From assembly GCA_964460055.1 (NCBI GenBank), contig CAYWPD010000001.1, positions 1,376-65,375 on the forward strand: a stretch of 64,000 bases of DNA, in the 5' to 3' direction. The notes beneath the pieces are model-generated. The model was given only the letters and a program-made list of their open reading frames with translations, was not told the origin of the DNA and searched no databases. The position numbers and the translations under genes are program-made. Shown one piece after another: positions 1 through 8,797 of the stretch; positions within the stretch are counted from its first letter, which is position 1, and each line of letters starts with the position of its first letter. Source of the DNA: an uncultured Candidatus Bathyarchaeia archaeon. Its GTDB lineage: Archaea; Thermoproteota; Bathyarchaeia; RBG-16-48-13; CAYWPD01.

Positions 1-174
1 GGGATCTCTCTCATAGGCGTCCCGACTTGCGACAGGTCTCGAGAAGCTTCGGCAGCTCAAGCCTTTTACCATTTTCTTGAGTCATGACGTGACTCTCCAG
101 ATGAATTCCTCAAGGATTCAGCTCTGACATCTTTTTATCGAACTGTAATAGTCTCACCTGAAAGGCTGGAAGAC

Positions 175-1431
175 ATGGGAAGTGGAGCTAAGCCGAGATA
201 TGAATGGCTCATCTTGGCAATGATGGCTCTCTCGTACTTCCAAGTCCAGTTTCATCGAATCTCCCCATCACCTTTGATCCCCATCTTGATGGACGAGTTA
301 GGCCTGACATACGCGGTTGCGGGTTTACTCTCTTCAGCCTTCTTCATCTGCTACACATCGATGCAGATACCCACAGGCGTCTTGATAGAGACATTGGGAG
401 TGAAGAAAATAGTGCTCCCCTTTATGGCGCTCTTCGCCTCTGGGGCTGTAGTGTTCAGTCAAGGAAGAGACATTGGAACGCTGCTAGCTGGGAGGGTCAT
501 AATGGGTCTAGGCTCGAGCGTGATATGGGTGTCAACCCTCAAACTTATCTCGATATGGTTCCCGGTCGAAAAGAGAGCCACAGCTACTGGCCTTGCCAAC
601 TCAGCTGGAGGCATAGGTTCGTTCATGGCCTACATAGTCCTCCCATTTCTATCGGCGACGATGGGCGGGTGGAACACACCCTACCTGACAATATCCTCTT
701 TGCTCTTGATCACACTGGCCCTGCTCGCACTGTTCCTAAAGGATGCTCCTGCAGGTCTTAGGCCCGATGAGGAAAGTTCCCTTGGCAACTGGTCCATCGT
801 CAAGGAGAATATGCGCGCTGTGTTCGCGGTGAAAGATTTCCGCCCTTTCGTTGTCGCATCGGTGATTAGTGGGATTGGTTGGTCGTTGATTCTCTGGATG
901 CCAAAGTTCTTGGTAGACGTGAGGGGCCTGTCGTATGTGAACGCCGATTTGATCTCCTCATCGATTACAGTTGCTATGATACCGGGCGGAGCGTCGATCG
1001 GCTTCATCTCCGACAGACTCAAGAAGCGCAAATTGCCGCTGTTTCTGGGTTCGATGATGAGTACAGCTCTGATAGTAGTCTTCGTGGCGCTTCCGACTGG
1101 ATCATCCTACGTTTTGATGGGCTTCGTGGGTTTCGTGGTCGGTCTCTTCTGGTCTACTTGGATTCTGGGCTTCAGCATGGTATCGGAGATCCTGCCCAGA
1201 AGAGCATTAGGCACCGGCTTAGGATTCTATAATATGTGCAACTTCATTGGTTCAATTTTCGCTCCACCACTACTGGGAGCTTTGGTAGATTGGACAGGGA
1301 CCTATGCTGCACCAATTCTCTTCGCTCTTTCTGCTCTGGTTGTTCAAACCTTGATCTACATCTTTCTGGTGAAGGAGACGTATTTGAGAAACGCACATCT
1401 GCAAGCCGGTGAGCGGCGCAGTCAAGCTTGA
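175..1431 (+). CDS. MFS transporter
   Basis: The 418-aa ORF has about 12 predicted hydrophobic helices and a glycine-rich N-terminal half (e.g. GRVIMGLGSS) typical of major facilitator transporters. The call comes from sequence features only. Confidence 0.78.
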   Translation: MGSGAKPRYEWLILAMMALSYFQVQFHRISPSPLIPILMDELGLTYAVAGLLSSAFFICYTSMQIPTGVLIETLGVKKIVLPFMALFASGAVVFSQGRDIGTLLAGRVIMGLGSSVIWVSTLKLISIWFPVEKRATATGLANSAGGIGSFMAYIVLPFLSATMGGWNTPYLTISSLLLITLALLALFLKDAPAGLRPDEESSLGNWSIVKENMRAVFAVKDFRPFVVASVISGIGWSLILWMPKFLVDVRGLSYVNADLISSSITVAMIPGGASIGFISDRLKKRKLPLFLGSMMSTALIVVFVALPTGSSYVLMGFVGFVVGLFWSTWILGFSMVSEILPRRALGTGLGFYNMCNFIGSIFAPPLLGALVDWTGTYAAPILFALSALVVQTLIYIFLVKETYLRNAHLQAGERRSQA

Positions 1432-1456
1432 GTCTGTAAAGTTTGTTGCTCTCAGG

Positions 1457-2410
1457 TCACAGAACTTGGCCAAGGCATGGATCTGTTAGCAAGTCATAGC
1501 ATAAGTGGCACCTATTCACGTAGTTGTCGCGCCGCTTTGAACCGAGAAGTCTCTGAAGGCCTAAGGGTCCCTCAGCGCTGAGCGTTCTGAACAATGGGCG
1601 GTGACTTGCCTCCTCGATGAGCCTCCTCAATTTGTTGTTTTTTACGTTTCCTATCACAGCTGTGTCTGTTGATGCCGCCGCGGAGCAGCATGGAAGAACA
1701 TTCCCCGAAGGTGCTATGCCTACATCGCGGAGAATGGCCCGACACGGTCCCTCGAAGGAGCCGTTGCTGACGAGCCACTCTTCTCTTGGGATTTCCATTG
1801 CTCTGCCTATCGGAATGAATCCCGTCTCGATAGCTAGGGCGACAGGATGGTCCTTTGGTGACCCTGCCCCTATGATTCGGATGTCTTTGTCTTCTAGCAG
1901 TCTAGTGACCTCTCCTACCCTTAATCTGCTTGATTTTGCTGCAGCGCACATGATGATTATCTTTAGCCCAAGCTTTTTCGCCGCTTCGTAGCAGTTGCGG
2001 ACTCGATCAAATGGGATGTGGCGTTGATGGAAATCGTCGGCGCTTATGTTGATCGCATCGAGTCCGGCATCTACGAGCTTCTTCAATATCCTCTCGGCTT
2101 CTTCCTTCGTTGTTGCCCAGAAGCAATTCGTGACGCACTCTGTGTGAAATCCTCTACTGGCTGTGTAGCTGACGAGTTCTAGGAGTGTCTCCGGGAGCAA
2201 GAACGGTTCCCCACCCGTGAGACTGATCCATTCAACAGTCGGGATCTCCAGAGCTTGGTCGATGTAGTCAGCGGCTTCAACCAAGGCCATCTTAGCCTTC
2301 TTGTCCGGACCACAACCAAACCAACAGTGGCTACATGTCACGTTGCACTGCTCTGTAAGGAGCAAAGCCACCCGAAAGGTTCCAAACGGATCTTCCACGT
2401 GTGCTAACAT
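1457..2410 (-). CDS. radical SAM protein with C-terminal SPASM/twitch-like cysteine cluster
   Basis: The N-terminus carries CNVTCSHC, a CxxxCxxC radical-SAM cluster motif, followed by a GGEPFL glycine-rich SAM-binding region. The C-terminus has extra cysteines (PCC, then CHLCYDLLTDPC) resembling a truncated SPASM or twitch auxiliary-cluster domain. It is 30 bp downstream of the M28 peptidase on the same strand. Confidence 0.8.
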   Translation of the reverse strand: MLAHVEDPFGTFRVALLLTEQCNVTCSHCWFGCGPDKKAKMALVEAADYIDQALEIPTVEWISLTGGEPFLLPETLLELVSYTASRGFHTECVTNCFWATTKEEAERILKKLVDAGLDAINISADDFHQRHIPFDRVRNCYEAAKKLGLKIIIMCAAAKSSRLRVGEVTRLLEDKDIRIIGAGSPKDHPVALAIETGFIPIGRAMEIPREEWLVSNGSFEGPCRAILRDVGIAPSGNVLPCCSAAASTDTAVIGNVKNNKLRRLIEEASHRPLFRTLSAEGPLGLQRLLGSKRRDNYVNRCHLCYDLLTDPCLGQVL

Positions 2411-2440
2411 GTGATTTACGGGCCATTGTGAATCAGGGAT

Positions 2441-4324
2441 CTAGATGGCGGCTTTAAACTTCGCCAGTGTGTCCTTTATGAGCTCGTTGGCTAGGTAGAG
2501 TTCGTCCTCAACAATGTTCTTTTGTCTTTGGAGCTTTGTCAGCATGAACTTGAACTCTGGTGACTGTGGTAGAGACATCTCCGCGAGCTTTAGCATTCCA
2601 TAGATCCGGGGGAATGGTGTAGCTCCGAAGGTTTCCATGGACATCTGCTCCGTCCTTTCTGCGTCTGAGTGGGCTACGAGGTTGATGTGTCTCGATACCC
2701 ACATGATGCACCGGTTCAGTTCCTCCAGCATCTCATCAGTTGCTGCCCCATCCACCGCCTTCCTCACAGTGCCCTCCAGCCTCTCTGCCAACTCCCGAAA
2801 TTCTCTGGCCCTCTCAATGACTGAATTGATATTGAAATAGAAACTGATCTTGCCAGCCCCAGCTTGAAGGTCTTCAAGTATCTTGAGCATGGCGTCAGCA
2901 TATGGGACGAAGTTCATGGGCAGGACTGGGCAGTTCGTAACCTTGAAGATGAAGTTGAGGTTCACCTTCACATCTGTGCCAAGGATGTCTATATCGCCAT
3001 GCTCGATGGTTTCGTAGGGCGTATGCCACCACCAACCGCCGCCCGAGTAGTTCACAAAGGGATCATACAGATCCTTGGGACGAGCTGAGATGGTGCTTGC
3101 ATGAGGAAGTCCTGTCCCCCAGAAACTGTGGTCTCCAGCCCGACTCGGCCAATGGGAGCCTTCGACCTTTACGCCCGCAACCGACGCTATGCTTTCAGTA
3201 ACCAACTCCTGCAATTCACCTATAGGGGCCTCTCTGTAGGTGGTGGCTCCCTCAGTTCCAGGCGAATCGATGTTGAAGAAGGCAGTACAGTAATACCGCA
3301 GCTCGTGCCAGAAAGCGTCATTGTACCAAGTTGAACCACCATAGCGCCCTATCTCATGAGCAGTCCAGAATGCGAACCGAATGCTCCGTTTGAGCTTCTC
3401 ACTGTGCCCGTTGAGGACGCGCGCCAGTTCGAGGATGGCTACATTACCAGAGGCGTTGTCTACAGCGCCGGGTGAGAAAGGTGGTGTATCAACATGGCCA
3501 TTCACCAACATGAACTTCTCCGGATCTCTCACCCCTCTAATCTCGGCGACCAAGAGTGGCAACTTCTTCCATCCAGTCTCCACGATGGAGGTGACATGAG
3601 CGCGCATGTTTCCCTGCTTCGCGAGAACCTTCAGCCGCTGACCATCTCTATTAGACACGTGGACTATGGCCGAGATCCGCTGGACTAAGTCTATGCTGTC
3701 GATGGTCGGATTTCCCGAAACGGAGAAGTCAGCGCGTTGGTGGCATATCGTCGGCATGAACGAGTCTTGTTCGATGACAATGAGGCCCTTGACGCCCATA
3801 TTTTGTAGCTTTAACAACAGTGCGCCTTGAAGCCCCATCCAGTCACCAGAAGTCTTCTGCTCCGCCAGTACGATTTTTCCACGGCAATCTATTCTGCCGA
3901 TTTGCTCTGGGTCTATGTAGATGACTTCGCCTTCTATGCCCTCAGGCCCGGTCGTCCCTACCTGACGGTAAGGTGTGCATTGAACCTCGACCATCTCCGG
4001 AGACAGTACCTCGAGTCTGGCCAACTTGGGTTCGCTGATGTAAGCTTCGTATCGGAGCACCTGTGGTTTGAGGCCGTATTCCTCGAGCTTCGATTTCAGG
4101 AACTGAATGGCCTTTTCCTCTTGTTGACTACCGGAGGGGAGAGGGGTCAGCTCCATGAGGCTCTTCCAGTTCCTTTGCAACTCTTCCTTGGAGACTTCAC
4201 CTTCAAGCTCAGCTAGGAGCTCTTTATCTTCGTCTGTGAGCCAGATCATGAAAATACCTCGATAATGGTTCCTCTCGAAAGGAGGGGTATAAGATTTGTT
4301 GGCACTGTCGCTGTCCCTGCGCAT
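2441..4324 (-). CDS. M28 family metallopeptidase (aminopeptidase-like, with PA-type insert)
   Basis: Conserved M28 zinc-ligand regions are present: NGHVDT, DNASGNVAILELARVL and FAFWTAHEIG. There is no N-terminal signal peptide. An internal Met at 4249 preceded by a GAGGU Shine-Dalgarno-like element may be the true start. Confidence 0.72.
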   Translation of the reverse strand: MRRDSDSANKSYTPPFERNHYRGIFMIWLTDEDKELLAELEGEVSKEELQRNWKSLMELTPLPSGSQQEEKAIQFLKSKLEEYGLKPQVLRYEAYISEPKLARLEVLSPEMVEVQCTPYRQVGTTGPEGIEGEVIYIDPEQIGRIDCRGKIVLAEQKTSGDWMGLQGALLLKLQNMGVKGLIVIEQDSFMPTICHQRADFSVSGNPTIDSIDLVQRISAIVHVSNRDGQRLKVLAKQGNMRAHVTSIVETGWKKLPLLVAEIRGVRDPEKFMLVNGHVDTPPFSPGAVDNASGNVAILELARVLNGHSEKLKRSIRFAFWTAHEIGRYGGSTWYNDAFWHELRYYCTAFFNIDSPGTEGATTYREAPIGELQELVTESIASVAGVKVEGSHWPSRAGDHSFWGTGLPHASTISARPKDLYDPFVNYSGGGWWWHTPYETIEHGDIDILGTDVKVNLNFIFKVTNCPVLPMNFVPYADAMLKILEDLQAGAGKISFYFNINSVIERAREFRELAERLEGTVRKAVDGAATDEMLEELNRCIMWVSRHINLVAHSDAERTEQMSMETFGATPFPRIYGMLKLAEMSLPQSPEFKFMLTKLQRQKNIVEDELYLANELIKDTLAKFKAAI

Positions 4325-4464
4325 AGAGAACTTAGAATTTCCTTGTGAAGCTCTATCTCGTCGGTTGAAAGTCAGATTGCAGTCTAGATCTTCGACACTG
4401 GCCTAATCGGGAGAGAAATCCTTTCAAATTTGGCCACCCCCATGAGTGCGAGAGGAAAGGCCGT

Positions 4465-5091
4465 TTGAGAATTTCCGTAATAGTTCCAATCACCGGTTTG
4501 AATGAAGATGGCCTCGCTGAAAGAGTGAAGGTGCTGAACTCCATCAAAAGGCCTGATACCGTGATAGAGTTTTACAGAAGCGTTTCTGGACCGCCTGCGA
4601 TCGAGACGCGCGTAGACCATGATCTCGCCGTGCCCGAGATCCTGAGACTGGTTAAGGAAGCTGAGAACAAGGGTAGTGACGCAGCCATAATTTGGTGTGC
4701 CGGTGATCCCGGCCTCGAATCTTCCAGAGAGCTTGTCGACATTCCGGTAGTCGGTCCGAGACAAGCCTCATTCTCAATCGCCATGAACCTAGGCAGCAAC
4801 CCTACGGTACTGCCGCCTCCGTTACCCGTTCTTGAGCTGCGAAAGGATCTGGAGAAGACGATGCGTCTGGCCGAGAAGGCTGCAAGAGACTTGATGCGGA
4901 GCAGCAACTCGGATGTCTTGATTCTTGGCTGCATGGGGCTCTTCGGCCTGGCTAGGAAGCTTAGTATCAATCTGGGGATTCCTGTGATCGATCCTGCGGA
5001 GGCCGCTCTCAGCATGGCGGAGACTCTAGCGCACCTCAAATTGAGGCACAGCAGGCTCACCTATCCGAAGTACGAACCTCCTTCTAGATGA
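4465..5091 (+). CDS. Asp/Glu/hydantoin racemase family protein
   Basis: The roughly 208-aa size, an N-terminal IxVIxP motif and two conserved Cys (WCAGDPG and LGCMG) are positioned like the catalytic pair of hydantoin/Asp-Glu racemases. Confidence 0.6.
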   Translation: MRISVIVPITGLNEDGLAERVKVLNSIKRPDTVIEFYRSVSGPPAIETRVDHDLAVPEILRLVKEAENKGSDAAIIWCAGDPGLESSRELVDIPVVGPRQASFSIAMNLGSNPTVLPPPLPVLELRKDLEKTMRLAEKAARDLMRSSNSDVLILGCMGLFGLARKLSINLGIPVIDPAEAALSMAETLAHLKLRHSRLTYPKYEPPSR

Positions 5092-5560
5092 CGCCTAGGA
5101 TTCAACTCCCGTCCCCGCCTTTTGGGATGAATTTCAATACTGTCGGCGGGAATTGACCTCTTTTATTCGTGTCTTCTGAAGCGTCTGATGTCGTCAGAGC
5201 CACAGACATACTCGAGGCCTGTTTCGATGAGTGAGCTGGCTCCTTCGACGTTTTTGGCAACTTTGCAGACGTATTCGTCATCCTTAGACCATATGAGCTG
5301 TGTATGGACCAAGATGTGGCGCGCGGAATCACGATGGGCTGGACCGAAATTAAGCCGAAATGAGGTCAAGTCCACTAGCGTGCACTAGATCTTCGAGCAA
5401 TCGCGTGCTTTCGCTAGGGATATCGGAAGACATGAAGCGCACGCGGGGGTTTTCATTCTAGTTTTCGCAGGATCTTCGCATCTGTCGTCCACGTAGTCGG
5501 GGAGAGAAGGCTTCAGTTGCGCGCGCTCAAAGAGAGAATGTGTGCGGGAAAACAAACGCT

Positions 5561-6655
5561 TCAGATCTGTAGAAAAGTCTGGATGAGCCTTGCGATCAGC
5601 ATTGCGGCAACCGAAGCCGTGATCAATGCGAGCTTTCCTATTAGTGGGTTCTCAATCGGCCAAGTCCTAACAGTCATGAGTTTCCTTTCTACAGTTTCCA
5701 ACGTCAATAGCCTGATCATGTTCTGGTCATCCTTCTCACCTGTTTCTTCGATGCGGCTAATGAGTTCTGACAATAGCTTATTTGTCGATGCGATTTCGGC
5801 CCTTTTCGCTTCGAGCAGCCTATTGTGAGTACTCACCAACGGCGCTATGAATAGTGTTATCCCGACAGGAACTAGGACGAGCATAAAAATCACGTTTACC
5901 ACAGATGTCTGGCCTGCTAATCCGCCAAGAATCATCTGCCCCGCAAAAAGAGTCAATCCCAAGAAATATGCCGATAAAAATGAAAAGGCCAGGGACCCTA
6001 ATTTCCTAGTCCCTAGCGTTGGATCCTCGTGATAAGATTTGAGCTTGAGGTTCTGCTTTCCAAATCGATAAAGTCCCAGTAGAGATGCGCAATATAGCCA
6101 CAGTATGGAGCCAAACATCACGGAACGAACGAGAGAACGGAGAATGTAAATTGGAGTGCTAAGAACAGTCAGCTCACCTTTGCCTACCAGCTCTGGGACG
6201 GATGTCGCGTAGACAAATAAGAAGACGGACATTATTACCAGCTGAGGAAAATATTCGGAAACGATATTGAAAATTCTGCGCACGTCCTTTTCTCCGTTTG
6301 GAGCCAGAGATATCAGCTCTGGTTCAGCTTTGACCAAACACATTCCAAGATAACGTATGATGAAAGCTACATAAAAAAGGAAAACGTACCAAAGAACGTT
6401 GCCTGCTAGGGAATACCAGTTGGACTGGACTGCCGCCACGAGTCCGAATTCTTCTGCATTCGTCGATATGAAAGTTTGATATAAGGCACCTATGGCATTG
6501 TGTGACACTGAGTACAGGTAAAGGAAATTCCCAAGTGGCCCAGCGAAAGCCGCAACGAAGATGGTGCCAAGCACGGATGGTAGATGTGAAAAAACAAGCG
6601 TTTTTTCGAGCAGTGTTGGACGAAAGCTATCTGTCTTTTTCTTCGTGGAACTCAC
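5561..6655 (-). CDS. polytopic membrane protein, uncharacterised (paralog A)
   Basis: A 364-aa ORF with multiple hydrophobic helices. It shares architecture with the adjacent 6807..7877 ORF, including a central LKLK(S/P)..ED motif and a C-terminal TWP(I/F) motif followed by a final helix. Confidence 0.6.
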   Translation of the reverse strand: MSSTKKKTDSFRPTLLEKTLVFSHLPSVLGTIFVAAFAGPLGNFLYLYSVSHNAIGALYQTFISTNAEEFGLVAAVQSNWYSLAGNVLWYVFLFYVAFIIRYLGMCLVKAEPELISLAPNGEKDVRRIFNIVSEYFPQLVIMSVFLFVYATSVPELVGKGELTVLSTPIYILRSLVRSVMFGSILWLYCASLLGLYRFGKQNLKLKSYHEDPTLGTRKLGSLAFSFLSAYFLGLTLFAGQMILGGLAGQTSVVNVIFMLVLVPVGITLFIAPLVSTHNRLLEAKRAEIASTNKLLSELISRIEETGEKDDQNMIRLLTLETVERKLMTVRTWPIENPLIGKLALITASVAAMLIARLIQTFLQI

Positions 6656-6806
6656 TTTCCTTTAATTCTTATGTCTGTTTGGAGCTTGATTTGCATTTGT
6701 TCGTGAACCTGCTCGGTTTGGGTCTGCGTATTTCTAACATCTGCGAACTTTGTTTTTGAGGTGGGCAAGTTGTCCACAACTGAGCTCATTCTGGGCTGAA
6801 TCATCT

Positions 6807-7877
6807 TCACAAGTTCATAACAACTGTAAGTATGTTAGCTAGCAATATCGCTGTCACGGAAAGCAGAATCGTGAGCATGTGTCCTAGTACCCCTGTGTCA
6901 AAGGGCCAAGTGGGGATTCTCTCGAGTCTCTTTTCCATAAAATCCATCAACAGCAATTTCTGGATGCAGTTGGGATTCTTCCCTATCTTTGTTTCGCCGT
7001 CCACAGACGAAATTTGCAGAGTCCTACGTTCTTCTAGGAGTTTATGCCTCTCGAGCTCCTTTTGCTCGACCATTTTTCTGCGAAAAACATTGATAGTGAG
7101 TAGGAATGCAATCAATCCGAAAACCACCAGGGTCAACTCAAATGCGAGGTTCACAGCCGTCGGAGTGATTTCAACGCCGGAAGCCAAGATTCCGAGCCCT
7201 CGCAAACCTACAGCTCCAAAGTACACTAGAACTAGAGCGAGAGAAATCGAACCGATTGGACCAAGGCCAAAGAGAGAGTCTTCTGAGGAGGGTTTCAACT
7301 TCATCGATTCTTTTGCAAGTTTGCGAAGACTCCAGACTGAACTGAAGAATAGCCATATTCCTGTTCCTCCTGCAAAGTAGAGTGTGACTTGCGAAAGCAC
7401 GACATATACCGAGCTGAAGCTCCCCAAAGATAGAGCAATCATCTTGTAGGCACTTGGCGCAAAACATGCCCCGATTATGGTTGTTGTCGCAAGTGCACCA
7501 ATTCGACTCGAAACGATGCGGAAATCCTTATCGAATGCTTCTTCTCCGGCTAAGAGCAAGGGTGAAAGTGCGGTTCGCGCCTTCACTAGTTGCCGTCGGA
7601 AATACCTTACGAAATAGAAGAGGTAGAACATGAAGCCCCCATACGCTATAGTCCAGTAGAACACGATAGCACGCCAGTAGCTTTCTGAACCAGTTACGGT
7701 TCCAGCGATAGAGAACGTCTGGGCGAGATTGTAGGAATCAAGGTATCTTGTCAACAAATAACCTGGGAATCCAAGCGTCAGAGTAAGAAGAATACAGCTA
7801 GCAGTGTAGGGGAGGGGTATGAAAGTCACAAATCCCTCGAAGAGGGTCTCTGTCACAGGCTCTCTCGAACCCTTCAC
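6807..7877 (-). CDS. polytopic membrane protein, uncharacterised (paralog B)
   Basis: A 356-aa ORF that is a tandem paralog of 5561..6655: same strand, 150 bp apart, with similar helix layout and conserved short motifs. Confidence 0.6.
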   Translation of the reverse strand: MKGSREPVTETLFEGFVTFIPLPYTASCILLTLTLGFPGYLLTRYLDSYNLAQTFSIAGTVTGSESYWRAIVFYWTIAYGGFMFYLFYFVRYFRRQLVKARTALSPLLLAGEEAFDKDFRIVSSRIGALATTTIIGACFAPSAYKMIALSLGSFSSVYVVLSQVTLYFAGGTGIWLFFSSVWSLRKLAKESMKLKPSSEDSLFGLGPIGSISLALVLVYFGAVGLRGLGILASGVEITPTAVNLAFELTLVVFGLIAFLLTINVFRRKMVEQKELERHKLLEERRTLQISSVDGETKIGKNPNCIQKLLLMDFMEKRLERIPTWPFDTGVLGHMLTILLSVTAILLANILTVVMNL

Positions 7878-8067
7878 TGAAAGCGTGCCTAGCCATTCTC
7901 TGAGTCCCGTATTGACGCCACTCCCGGTGGTTCTTGACCAGAAAAGTATTTAAATCTTCCCACATTGGAAAGAGATCTCTCACATTTGCGGACAATTCGC
8001 ACGTTTCGCTGGCAAGATATTTCCAAAATGTTAAATACCCGCGTTTCGATCTGGAATCAGAGGAAAT

Positions 8068-8631
8068 ATGCCTAATAGACTGGACGAACTTGACCTGAAG
8101 ATCATTCGACAGCTGCAAATTGATGCCAGAGCCTCGGTAACAGAGTTGGCTGAGAAAGTAGAGTCGTCTCGTCCTACGACGACAAATAGATTGAAGCGGT
8201 TACTGGACGAGGATCTGATTCTCATAAGGGGAGGTTTGAATCTTCGACAATTTGGCTTCAAAGTTGCACAAGTCGGTCTGGAGGTTCGAACCGACAACGC
8301 TAGAAAGAAAATCGAGAGCCATCTAAGGAACTGCCCCAGAGTCTTGGACATCTTTAGAACTCCCGAGAAGGCGAACATTCACTTGAACCTATGGGGAGAG
8401 GACGATCAAACGATCAACTCGACAATAGAAAGTTTTCGCGATCAGCAAAATGTAGGCATAGTCTACACTCGCTACCTGGGAACCCCTATTCACGGAGATA
8501 TCCCCGTTCATGTTGAAACGAGAAAGAATGATGAAACTCCATGCGGCAGGAAATGTAGTGGATGCCACAGCTATCAAAATGCATGGTGCAGAGGTTGTCC
8601 ATCGTCATCAGACTACAAAACTTTCTTCTAA
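8068..8631 (+). CDS. Lrp/AsnC family transcriptional regulator with Cys-rich C-terminal extension
   Basis: N-terminal HTH_AsnC pattern (LDELDLKIIRQLQIDARASVTELAEKV) is followed by a RAM-like domain. A roughly 40-aa tail, CGRKCSGCHSYQNAWCRGC, gives CxxxCxxC...CxxC. Confidence 0.8.
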   Translation: MPNRLDELDLKIIRQLQIDARASVTELAEKVESSRPTTTNRLKRLLDEDLILIRGGLNLRQFGFKVAQVGLEVRTDNARKKIESHLRNCPRVLDIFRTPEKANIHLNLWGEDDQTINSTIESFRDQQNVGIVYTRYLGTPIHGDIPVHVETRKNDETPCGRKCSGCHSYQNAWCRGCPSSSDYKTFF

Positions 8632-8797
8632 ATGTCTAAGGAGGCCAGGCGTGCTCCGAGACTTCCTAAGATACTTTGCGCGCATGCCACATTTCGCGAG
8701 TATCGACGAAAGGCCAACTCAAGACGTGTCTCCGACGTACTCGATCTCTTGGACGCCTAAACGTAGGGCAGAATGAAAAAACAGAAGAGCCCCAGTC

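Noticed and set aside
1-90. A possible minus-strand gene start, a roughly 29-aa ORF ending near the window edge.
   Set aside because: It terminates after 29 codons within the window, which is too short to call.
204-761. A 185-aa plus-strand ORF overlapping the start of the MFS gene in another frame.
   Set aside because: It is an alternative frame of the MFS transporter, and the MFS frame has the expected transmembrane periodicity.
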